A stretch of 40,095 nucleotides of DNA, taken from Mollicutes bacterium. Lineage in GTDB: Bacteria; Bacillota_I; Bacilli_A; RF39; UBA660. The position numbers were made by a program, and so were the translations under genes. Every line of letters begins with the position of its first letter. The stretch's first letter is position 1. Shown piece by piece: positions 30,537-39,025 of this stretch. The notes under the pieces were generated by a model. It saw nothing but the letters and a program-made list of their open reading frames with translations. It was not told the DNA's origin and did no database searches. The stretch covers positions 1-40,095 of the forward strand of contig JAAYPA010000029.1 of assembly GCA_012520055.1 (NCBI GenBank), written 5' to 3'.

Positions 30537-32009
30537 TTATCTTATAATTTCATATTCCCAAGTAACTTGATAAATAATACCATATATACATAGATTTTTT
30601 CCTTCACCAAAGTTAAAAGTTGTTTTACATTGATTACTTACGTATCCGGCCCATTCTACTCCACGATCATAAATATCATATAAATTAGATTTACTTATTA
30701 ATACTTTAGAAAAAGCAGCCAGATTATCAGGAATACCATTAAAGTAATCACCATTTGTGCTTTGATAATCAAATGTTGACATATGATATTTATAGAAATT
30801 ATTTATATCTGTATTTGTTGATAAAGCTCTTGTATATTGAAGTTTTTTAATACGGATATTAATATAATTATCATGAGCAAGAGCAGCAGGGATTTTTAAA
30901 GTATGCTTAACTATGGGGATACTAATTTGAGACCCATAACCAGCACTATAAACATCAGTAGTATAAGTTTCGGTATATATATATTTGGCTTTTAATGTTA
31001 TATTACTATAAATTCTTGTATTAAAATCAAATAGTTTATCACCATCATACCAACCATAAAAAGTTGCTCCGCTTTTTGTTGGATTTCCTGGTTTAGTTAC
31101 ATAATTACCATAATTAACTGATACTGATGAGTAATATGAACCTCCATTACTATCAAAAGTTACAGTATATTGTGGAGTAGCTTTTTTAGTAGTTGTTTTG
31201 GTTGTGGTTTTAGTGGTAGTTTTCTTAGTAGTTGTTTTAGTGGTAGTTTGATTTTTATTAACCCATTTCGCCATTAATACTATATTACTGTTAACCGGGT
31301 TATTAAAGTTATATTCTTTATCTCCTAAATACCAACCGATAAATATATATCCGGATTTTTTTGGATTAGTCGGTCTAGTAGCAGTCTTACCAATTGGAAT
31401 ATATTGAGTTTGGATTTTTGTACCACCGTTGGAATTAAATATAACCGATACATTAGTTGCCGCTTTAGTTGTTTTAACTACTTTAATAGTTTCGGTTTGA
31501 GTAGATTTAGAAGTATTTTGATTATTATTAGATTTAGAAGTTTGAACATTTTTCTTAGTAGTCGTTGTTGTCGTTGTAGTAGTACCTACAATATCATCCG
31601 TTTTTTCTTTATTTATATAAACATATGATTTATCGGTTTCTTCTCCACAAATCAAGAATATTTCCATTTCATAGCTAGAATCTTTAGATGTTATTTGAAC
31701 ATAACTGTTTTCTTTATCACAAGAATTACCCTTAACGTCTTTCAGTTCATTTACAGCACCGATATTAATTAAATCTAATAATTTTACTTTTTTACTATCT
31801 TTAGGTAATTTATCCCCTTTAAAATAATCGTTACTTTTTGTTCTTAAAGTGGACATATTATTTTGAAATTCTATACTTTGTTCTTGATAGGCTTTTTTAT
31901 TTTCGATTGGAAGTAATTTTATTATTAAAACAACGGCTACAATTAAAAAAGCCAACTTTAATAAAAATCCTTTCCAATCGAATTCTATTTTATTATTATC
32001 TTCATACAT
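30537..32009 (-). CDS. Surface protein with two InlB B-repeats (Flg_new) and Thr/Lys-rich linkers
   Basis: Two VxFxSNGG...PTKSGxxFxGWY...YxF...LxAK repeats; N-terminal TM. Confidence 0.85.
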   Translation of the reverse strand: MYEDNNKIEFDWKGFLLKLAFLIVAVVLIIKLLPIENKKAYQEQSIEFQNNMSTLRTKSNDYFKGDKLPKDSKKVKLLDLINIGAVNELKDVKGNSCDKENSYVQITSKDSSYEMEIFLICGEETDKSYVYINKEKTDDIVGTTTTTTTTTKKNVQTSKSNNNQNTSKSTQTETIKVVKTTKAATNVSVIFNSNGGTKIQTQYIPIGKTATRPTNPKKSGYIFIGWYLGDKEYNFNNPVNSNIVLMAKWVNKNQTTTKTTTKKTTTKTTTKTTTKKATPQYTVTFDSNGGSYYSSVSVNYGNYVTKPGNPTKSGATFYGWYDGDKLFDFNTRIYSNITLKAKYIYTETYTTDVYSAGYGSQISIPIVKHTLKIPAALAHDNYINIRIKKLQYTRALSTNTDINNFYKYHMSTFDYQSTNGDYFNGIPDNLAAFSKVLISKSNLYDIYDRGVEWAGYVSNQCKTTFNFGEGKNLCIYGIIYQVTWEYEIIR

Positions 32010-32174
32010 AAAATGTTCACACCCCTGCTCTTTTATGGGCTTTATAATAGCATTTTTTCCTTATAAAGTCAATTATATCTACTTCATATATTACTTCATA
32101 TATAAAAATATATGAAGATTAACAAATAATAATAAATATGAACACTCTTAAAAAAGAAAATAACATATTTTATT

Positions 32175-32300
32175 ATGAAAGAGGTGAGCAGTATAATAGG
32201 TAACTGTGTATTTAGATTATTTCGTTGTCCGGTTCGCTGTTGTTGTTGCTGCTGTAGTCAAGTTATAAATTTTACCAGAAACAATAATTCAATAGACTAA
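32175..32300 (+). CDS. Putative 41-aa cysteine-rich peptide (CCCCCC)
   Basis: Hand-translated MKEVSSIIGNCVFRLFRCPVRCCCCCCSQVINFTRNNNSID*; followed directly by a terminator. Confidence 0.5.
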   Translation: MKEVSSIIGNCVFRLFRCPVRCCCCCCSQVINFTRNNNSID

Positions 32301-32304
32301 CAAA

Positions 32305-32333
32305 AAAACAATATCGATTTTCGATATTGTTTT
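32305..32333. terminator. Bidirectional intrinsic terminator
   Basis: AAAACAATATCGA-ttt-TCGATATTGTTTT. Confidence 0.7.
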
Positions 32334-32841
32334 AATATTCGGTTATTTCGATATTTGCATCAAAGTATTTACCTAGAATTTGGTCGTAAACTACCCCTTC
32401 TTTGACTTTATAATCAATATCATATTCATAGTTTGCGAATTTTTTTAAAGAAATGTTTTCGATCTTAAAAACATAATAGTCTCTATTTTCAGTTAAATAT
32501 AAAGAGCTTAAGTCAAAAGACTTATCGTTAATCAAAATTAGTAAATTTTGATAATCCAAAGTTGATAATTTGGCATATTTCAATAATATTTTCCCTCCTT
32601 TTTGAGTATTAGAACGATTATAAACTATAAAATTACTTGTTTTAAAATTTGAGTCTTCGGTAATAATTGAAGCTTCACTCTTATTAACAGAATATATTTC
32701 AAGTCCCGGTTCCAAACCAGCAATACTGTCATCTAAATTAATAGTAGAAGCATTTATATTTTTCCAATAAGGAAAACTAAAAGCCGAAATAATACAAATT
32801 ACAAAAATCTCAAAAAATAGCTTAAATATTTGAAAACGCAT
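32332..32841 (-). CDS. Secreted/anchored protein downstream of sipW, possibly a degenerate TasA-like accessory subunit
   Basis: Start MRFQ at 32841 (GGGGG RBS); N-terminal hydrophobic segment ending SFPYW; beta-rich body. Confidence 0.6.
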   Translation of the reverse strand: MRFQIFKLFFEIFVICIISAFSFPYWKNINASTINLDDSIAGLEPGLEIYSVNKSEASIITEDSNFKTSNFIVYNRSNTQKGGKILLKYAKLSTLDYQNLLILINDKSFDLSSLYLTENRDYYVFKIENISLKKFANYEYDIDYKVKEGVVYDQILGKYFDANIEITEY

Positions 32842-32896
32842 ATTTCCCCCAAAATAAAAATTCTCTATAAAAGAGAATTTTGTATTACATATCCTA

Positions 32897-33796
32897 TCAT
32901 AACTCGTTAGGATTGTCAAAATTGTTATTATCCTCATCATTAGGAAAAATTTTTAGTGGCTCATTTGATTCTGGTTGTTCATTATTATTAACAGAGGTTT
33001 CATTTACTTTACTTTCATCAATATTTTGAATAGGTGGTGTAATATTTTTTTCTTCTTGTATTACTTCATTATTGCGAACTTCAGTATGATTCCTAGCAAA
33101 TAATTGAGGATTTTTCTTTATTTTCTCCAATGTTTCTATTATTTTTTTATTTTCTTCTTTTTCAACTACTTGTGTGATATCTTTACCAGTAATTTTTTCA
33201 GCTTTACCGGTTACTCCCAATACTTTGAATACTTTTAAAATATCATATATAATAATTCCTAAAGCAGGTAAAAGAACGATTAATAACCAACCCAACTTAG
33301 TAGCCAGCAAAAATTGTATTTGACCTAATTTCGGTATTTTTAAAATAGTTTTACCCAGTATATCTCTTTGTTGTACCGGAGAACTATCAGCACTCAAGTT
33401 ATAATCACCTTTAGTAATAAATTCTCTGGAACCATCATTTTTAATTTTTACATCTATTATACGATGAGTAATAGTCATATTTTCAATCAAAGAAGATTGT
33501 GATTTATAAGTTATTACATCTCCAATTTTTAGAGTTGTAAAATCATCTATTCGTACATTTACTATAATATCTGATCTATTTATAGCAGGAGCCATACTAC
33601 CACTGACAATTGTATATAAGGATAACTTAGGTGGCAAACCGGTTTTCTTGCTGACTATTTTAGCAGAAATAAAATAGTATATTAAAAAAGCCCCAATTAA
33701 TAGTAGGATGACAATAAATGCGGTTGAAATAAGTTTTGCAACATATTCTAAAGACTTTTTTAGGCTTTTTGTTTCATCTTTAGGGCTCTCAGGCAT
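32897..33796 (-). CDS. sipW: Signal peptidase I, SipW (ER/archaeal type)
   Basis: IVSGSMAP (Ser), GDVITY, ITHRI (His), TKGDYN..D; adjacent to TasA-like genes. Confidence 0.9.
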   Translation of the reverse strand: MPESPKDETKSLKKSLEYVAKLISTAFIVILLLIGAFLIYYFISAKIVSKKTGLPPKLSLYTIVSGSMAPAINRSDIIVNVRIDDFTTLKIGDVITYKSQSSLIENMTITHRIIDVKIKNDGSREFITKGDYNLSADSSPVQQRDILGKTILKIPKLGQIQFLLATKLGWLLIVLLPALGIIIYDILKVFKVLGVTGKAEKITGKDITQVVEKEENKKIIETLEKIKKNPQLFARNHTEVRNNEVIQEEKNITPPIQNIDESKVNETSVNNNEQPESNEPLKIFPNDEDNNNFDNPNEL

Positions 33797-33825
33797 AATA
33801 CCACCTATTCTATTCTTCTTTTTAT

Positions 33826-33854
33826 ATTATAAGTGTTTTCATATAAAAACGCAA
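33826..33854 (-). promoter_or_regulatory. sigmaA-type promoter of sipW
   Basis: TTGCGT-N17-TATAAT. Confidence 0.5.
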
Positions 33855-33876
33855 GAATTAGAATAATTTTTCAAAT

Positions 33877-33899
33877 AAAAAAGGATGAACTATCATCCT
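33877..33899 (-). terminator. Terminator between the TasA-like pair and sipW
   Basis: AGGATGA-acta-TCATCCT with U-tract on the minus strand. Confidence 0.6.
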
Positions 33900-33927
33900 A
33901 ATTTTTTAATATTAATTTCTTTATACT

Positions 33928-34530
33928 TTAAGGATTGACGGTAGTAGTTGTTGTATAAACTTCGCCTACTCTTACATCAACATATCCGGCTAAAGATTTT
34001 CCTTTATCTACATCTTGATTTTCGCCGGTTTCTGGGAAAAATATATCTAGGACATAAGTATGTCTTGAGCCACTAATAACTCCGGCAAAAAAACCTGATC
34101 CTAATTCAATTGTCTTTGCTCCAGTTCCTAAATCCGTCATTTCTATTGATTGAACAATTTGACCATTTCCATCAGTATTATCGGAAGTTAGAGAATACTT
34201 TAAAGCATCTACTGAAAAATTATTTGATTGAATTACTAAAGCTAAAGAATATGGCATAACGGCCGTAGTACTGTTTGTACCTGTTATTGTAAAGTCCTTA
34301 TGTATAGCTGGAGCATCCACTTCCGGTTGAATTGAACCTGCAATAGATGGACCATGCGGATCAGCATAGGCTATAGTAAGTTTACCAGCACCAACCGTAA
34401 TAGTTGTTCCTTCTTCCGTTCCGGTTATATTGGCAGTAAAGTATGCAAACGTTGCACCGATTACCGCTACTAATAAAGTGGCAACACCAATTACCGTAAG
34501 TAATAATGTATTTGTCCTATTTCCACTCAT
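33928..34530 (-). CDS. SipW-cognate TasA/camelysin-like fibre subunit
   Basis: IGATFA-YFTA signal; single about 170-aa beta domain ending FFPETGENQD. Confidence 0.85.
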   Translation of the reverse strand: MSGNRTNTLLLTVIGVATLLVAVIGATFAYFTANITGTEEGTTITVGAGKLTIAYADPHGPSIAGSIQPEVDAPAIHKDFTITGTNSTTAVMPYSLALVIQSNNFSVDALKYSLTSDNTDGNGQIVQSIEMTDLGTGAKTIELGSGFFAGVISGSRHTYVLDIFFPETGENQDVDKGKSLAGYVDVRVGEVYTTTTTVNP

Positions 34531-34557
34531 TTGAAATTTCCTCCTTTATTTATAAAA

Positions 34558-35166
34558 TTATTGAACTGTAGTTGTATGTTCCATTTCCCCACTAGTTATA
34601 ACATCTATTGAAATACGAGCCAATAAACTTTTTTCTTGGCTAGCATTTTGTGGTTGTCCAGTTTCAGGAAAATATATATCTAAATAATAAATATGTGATT
34701 GTTCACCATTAGTCGGTCCATTAAATATTCCTGTACCTAAATCTGCTGTTACACCTGTCGCAGGAACGTTTGCTAAAGAAACAGCATTTAGTTTTGTACC
34801 ATTAGATGATGAAGTAGGATCAATGGTAAGAGAATATTTTAAGTGGCCTGGATAAAAAGTATTTTCAGTAACTACCAAACCTACTGTATAATATATATTA
34901 GCATCTCCTCCAGAAGTACCTTTAATAGTAAACTTTTTTTGTCCCCAAGATTCCTCTCTCGGCCAAATATTTGGTTCTACTATTACTGAGTCACTTCCTT
35001 CATATACCGTACCAATATTAGCTGCAGTAACAGTAAATGCTTGTTGTTGCTCATTGGTTGATAAAATTGCTGTGAAGTATGCAAAAGTTGCACCAATTAC
35101 AGCTATAAGTAAAGTTGCTATTCCAATTATAGTTAATAATATTGTGTTCCCTTTCCCGTCGTTCAT
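34558..35166 (-). CDS. SipW-cognate TasA/camelysin-like fibre subunit
   Basis: IGATFA-YFTA signal; YFPETGQPQN; paralog of 33928-34530. Confidence 0.85.
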   Translation of the reverse strand: MNDGKGNTILLTIIGIATLLIAVIGATFAYFTAILSTNEQQQAFTVTAANIGTVYEGSDSVIVEPNIWPREESWGQKKFTIKGTSGGDANIYYTVGLVVTENTFYPGHLKYSLTIDPTSSSNGTKLNAVSLANVPATGVTADLGTGIFNGPTNGEQSHIYYLDIYFPETGQPQNASQEKSLLARISIDVITSGEMEHTTTVQ

Positions 35167-35472
35167 TGATATCCTCCTTTACTATATTAATAATAGCATT
35201 TAGAAATAATAAAATCAATCTATTTTGCGTTATTTTGCATTTTTTTAACTGATGATTTATTATTCTCTACTAAGTATTATAAGGCTATTTTATTAATTTA
35301 TACTTGAGTAATAAAATTTTATTAATAATATTACTCATTAAAGATATTTCATGGATATGTATCAGGTATAGGATAATAAAATATAAACGCTCTTTTGTAT
35401 AGATTTACTCTCCTACCTTAGCATTCTTATTATACGTTAATCTCCATTTAATGATTATCTTCATAGATAATC

Positions 35473-36348
35473 TTAATCATTAGCCTGCCATCTTCCGTAA
35501 ATACCGCAAGGTAATACTAAATTATTATTTTGAATTGGTAAACCTACTTCACCTGCTTCAACGGTGCCATTAGGATATACCGGTAGGATAGTCGTTTTTA
35601 AAATATTTTCGAGTACTGTACTAGAAATACCAGTAGTATAAGAATTTACTGAAAAGAATAGGGGGTTATCACTTAATATTGTTAAACAAGCTTTAATAAG
35701 ATGATAAATGTTGTCTTCAAATTTCCACACTTCTCCGTTAGGCCCTCTTCCATAAGAAGGAGGGTCCATAATTATTGCATCATATTTATGACCTCGTCTT
35801 GATTCTCTTTCAACAAATTTTAAACAATCATCAACAATAAATCTGATGCGATTATTTTCTAAATTAGATAATTTCATATTTTCTTTAGCCCATTCGACCA
35901 TTCCCTTAGCCGCATCTACATGCACCACTTCAACTGCTCCGGCATAAGAACAAGCTATAGTAGCAGCTCCGGTATAAGCAAATAAATTTAATACTTTAAT
36001 ATCTCGATTACTTTTTTTTATTTTATCAATCATAAAATCCCAATTAACTGCTTGTTCAGGAAATAAACCTGTATGTTTAAAGTTAGTAGGTGAAACTTTA
36101 AATGATAATTCTTTATAAGAAACTGTCCAGTATTCCGGTAATTTCTTTTTAAATTCCCAGTGACCTCCCCCTTTATCACTACGATAATAATGACCATTGG
36201 GATTATTCCATAAATCACTATCAGTATTAACTGGCCAAATAGCTTGAGGATCTGGTCTTCTTAATATTACTCCATTCCAATATTCTAATTTTTCCCCATT
36301 ACCAGCATCTAGGCATATATAATCTTTCCAATCATTACTTAGTTTCAT
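35473..36348 (-). CDS. Class I SAM-dependent methyltransferase (RlmI/RlmK-like)
   Basis: HTGLFPEQ, LNLFAYTG, IMDPPSYG; start MKLSNDW at 36348. Confidence 0.88.
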   Translation of the reverse strand: MKLSNDWKDYICLDAGNGEKLEYWNGVILRRPDPQAIWPVNTDSDLWNNPNGHYYRSDKGGGHWEFKKKLPEYWTVSYKELSFKVSPTNFKHTGLFPEQAVNWDFMIDKIKKSNRDIKVLNLFAYTGAATIACSYAGAVEVVHVDAAKGMVEWAKENMKLSNLENNRIRFIVDDCLKFVERESRRGHKYDAIIMDPPSYGRGPNGEVWKFEDNIYHLIKACLTILSDNPLFFSVNSYTTGISSTVLENILKTTILPVYPNGTVEAGEVGLPIQNNNLVLPCGIYGRWQAND

Positions 36349-36400
36349 GTAATCACGTCCTAATAATATTATAACAGAAAAATATATTAAAAAAACAAAT

Positions 36401-36425
36401 AAAAAAAGAGTTGACAAACTCTTTT
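36401..36425 (-). terminator. Intrinsic terminator after yebC
   Basis: AAAAGAGTT-gaca-AACTCTTTT. Confidence 0.6.
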
Positions 36426-37143
36426 AATCCCTTTTAATGTTATGATAAATGGCTGCTACATCGTCTATTTCATCAAGAAGATTATACAATCTTTCAAAAT
36501 GTTCTAAATCTTCACCGGTTAAAATTATTTCATCTTTAGCAAAGTAACCTATTTCATCATAAGTATACTCAATATTAGGAATAATACTTTCTAAAACATT
36601 TTTGATCTTATTAATATCGGCTGGTTTAGCTGAAATAGTGATTTCTCCATTTTCTGATTCAAAATCAACTAAGTCAATTCCTTCATTAAGTATAGCCTCA
36701 AAGATTTCCTCTTCTTTATCACTTTTGAAAGATATAACAGCTAAATAATCATAATTATAAGCAACACTGTTAGTAACTCCCAATGATTTATTAACTTTAT
36801 TAAATGCTGCTCTTATATATCCAACTGTTCTATTTACGTTATCAGTTAAACATTTAATAATAAAAGTACTGGCACCAGGACCAAAACCTTCATAAATTAC
36901 CTCTTGATATTCATCAGCATTTACGCCTTTAGCCTTATCGATAGCTCTACTAATAATATCATTCGGTACTTGATTTTTTCTGGCTTTTTCAATAATTCTT
37001 TTTAAAGAAATATTAGAATCCGGGTCAGGTGATCCCTTCTTAGCTGCTAAATAAATTTCTTTAAAAAATGTTGTGTATATTTTCCCTTTGGCAGCCCCAG
37101 TTTTTTGGATACTAGCTGCTCTAACTGAATATGCTCTTCCCAT
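36424..37143 (-). CDS. yebC: YebC/PmpR family protein
   Basis: MGRA..., YEGFGPG, TDNVNRT, DDV..IYHN. Confidence 0.92.
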   Translation of the reverse strand: MGRAYSVRAASIQKTGAAKGKIYTTFFKEIYLAAKKGSPDPDSNISLKRIIEKARKNQVPNDIISRAIDKAKGVNADEYQEVIYEGFGPGASTFIIKCLTDNVNRTVGYIRAAFNKVNKSLGVTNSVAYNYDYLAVISFKSDKEEEIFEAILNEGIDLVDFESENGEITISAKPADINKIKNVLESIIPNIEYTYDEIGYFAKDEIILTGEDLEHFERLYNLLDEIDDVAAIYHNIKRD

Positions 37144-37186
37144 ATCTAATTTCCTTTCTTTTCTGACTTACCTATTTTAACAAATA

Positions 37187-38236
37187 TTAAAATAATTTAC
37201 AATTATTTATAAACTCTTGATATAAAGAATCTTTAACTAAATTATTTTTACGCAACTTTTTGATTTCTTTTTTAATATTATATATTTTATATTCTTCATA
37301 ATTATTTTTTTGAAGTAAATATTCTATCGTTTTAATTACCATTATTTTTGGATCATTAGTATGAAATTTTCTTTCTAAACGTGAAATTATTTCCGAATTT
37401 ATTTTTCGAATTAATCTTTTATAATACCTACTTGGCTTAGAATAAAAATAATAATCATAACCATCTAAATTTTTTACTACTTTTAAAGTATCATAATATC
37501 CCATTTTAATATGATCTATATTGGAATCTTTATCAAAAATAATCATTGATCCTAAACTTTTTTTAGGTGCTATTTCAATAACTTCAGTTTCTTCGTATAA
37601 TTTTGGTTTCTTTCTACCTATTCCTTTAATTCTGATAGCATATATTTTTTTGCATCCTTGTCTTTCCAAAAAAGGAACAGGAAGAATACTATAAAAACCA
37701 CCATCTAAATAATAATTATCATCAATAATTTTTTTAAAAGAAAAAATTGGCAGATAACAAGAAGCTAAAATATATTCAGAAAGTTTTCCTTCTGGTATAT
37801 CATCGATAGTTAGTTCTATTGGAGTAAATCCCTTTACTTTAACTGTTACCAAACCGTATTTAATTTTACTATTACGGACTTTTTTTTCATTAATATTTTC
37901 TTTTATGGACTTTAATAATAAAGTTGTATCAATACCTTTATTTTTTAAAATTAATTTCAAATTTGTTAAACCTAATTTAAAATCTTCCAAATGAATATTT
38001 TTAGATTTTATTTTAGATACTAAATCACTGTTAATACCTAAAATTTCCGTAGTGGTATTAATCCATAAATCAATCATTTTATCCAAATCCCCTTGGACTA
38101 TTAATGCGGCATTCAAAGCTCCGATTGAAGTTCCCGCAATCATTTTTGGTTTAATACCACATTCTTTAAGAGCTAAGTAAGCACCGGCTTGGTAAGCGCC
38201 TCTTGCTCCCCCACCTTCAAGAGCAATTCCTATCAT
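37187..38236 (-). CDS. Patatin-like phospholipase
   Basis: GGGARG, GTSIG, DGG motifs. Confidence 0.92.
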   Translation of the reverse strand: MIGIALEGGGARGAYQAGAYLALKECGIKPKMIAGTSIGALNAALIVQGDLDKMIDLWINTTTEILGINSDLVSKIKSKNIHLEDFKLGLTNLKLILKNKGIDTTLLLKSIKENINEKKVRNSKIKYGLVTVKVKGFTPIELTIDDIPEGKLSEYILASCYLPIFSFKKIIDDNYYLDGGFYSILPVPFLERQGCKKIYAIRIKGIGRKKPKLYEETEVIEIAPKKSLGSMIIFDKDSNIDHIKMGYYDTLKVVKNLDGYDYYFYSKPSRYYKRLIRKINSEIISRLERKFHTNDPKIMVIKTIEYLLQKNNYEEYKIYNIKKEIKKLRKNNLVKDSLYQEFINNCKLF

Positions 38237-38956
38237 TTATATCACCAACCCTAATAACATAATCAAAATACCCGTTAAAATACCATAAATAGCATACTTA
38301 TTAAAGTTTTCCTTTAATTCATTAATTAATTCAAAACAAATAATATAAAATATCATACCAATAGTAATACTTAATAAAGTACCTAAGAAGAAATCTGAAA
38401 GCATATCTTTAAAAATAAAAACTAATATACCTCCTATTAAAGTAGATAATGTTAATAATCCTAAATTTATCCACAGCTTCTTTTTATTATCTTTAAGTAA
38501 AGCTGTTATTTTAATACCAAAAGGGATATTATGTAAAGCTACTCCTAAAGCATAAATAATTCCTGATTTAAAGCTTGATTCAGCAATTGCACCAATACCA
38601 ATACCTTCTACAATATTATGAATAATAATCGCAATTGATGTCATAACCCCAATATGAGTTAAATGATCATGATCATCTTTTTCAGTATGATCATGATGAT
38701 GAGGAACTAATTTTTCAAGTATTAATAATAACGCTATACCAACTAAAATTCCTCCCCCAATGGCTAAAAATTTATAATCAGGAAAAAGTTCAAAACATTC
38801 CGGTAAAATATCTAAAATTACTAATAATATTAATACGACAAAACTTATTCCCAAGCTAAAACTTATTAAATTCTTTTTATTGTTTACAAATAAAGAAATT
38901 AAGGCTCCAGCTAAAAAAAACAAACCCACTAACAAAGTAATTAATAAGCTTTGCAC
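38237..38956 (-). CDS. ZIP family metal transporter with His-rich loop
   Basis: PHHHDH..DHDH, IHNIVEG, LHNIP; GTG start at 38956 after GGTGA (ATG at 38974 is an alternative). Confidence 0.88.
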   Translation of the reverse strand: MQSLLITLLVGLFFLAGALISLFVNNKKNLISFSLGISFVVLILLVILDILPECFELFPDYKFLAIGGGILVGIALLLILEKLVPHHHDHTEKDDHDHLTHIGVMTSIAIIIHNIVEGIGIGAIAESSFKSGIIYALGVALHNIPFGIKITALLKDNKKKLWINLGLLTLSTLIGGILVFIFKDMLSDFFLGTLLSITIGMIFYIICFELINELKENFNKYAIYGILTGILIMLLGLVI

Positions 38957-38989
38957 ATATATCACCACTAACATTTTAAACCACTAATC

Positions 38990-39014
38990 AAAAAAAAGCT
39001 AGTAGAACTAGCTT
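38990..39014 (-). terminator. Intrinsic terminator
   Basis: AAGCTAGT-aga-ACTAGCTT with U-tract on the minus strand. Confidence 0.6.
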
Positions 39015-39025
39015 AAGAAATTTTC

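Noticed and set aside
31180-31255. Repetitive GTAGTT/GTGGTT tract
   Set aside because: It simply encodes the Thr/Lys linker of the B-repeat protein; it is not a CRISPR array or an independent repeat.
35360-35463. RBS-like AGGAGAG followed by ATA-QKSVYILLSYT* on the minus strand, a possible gene remnant
   Set aside because: Too short and without a proper start codon to support a call.
13874-36218. Short ORFs in the track: 13874-14101, 18674-18904, 19326-19535, 28402-28656, 29861-30070, 31404-31628, 36030-36218
   Set aside because: All lie antisense or out of frame within well-supported genes and have no recognisable motifs.
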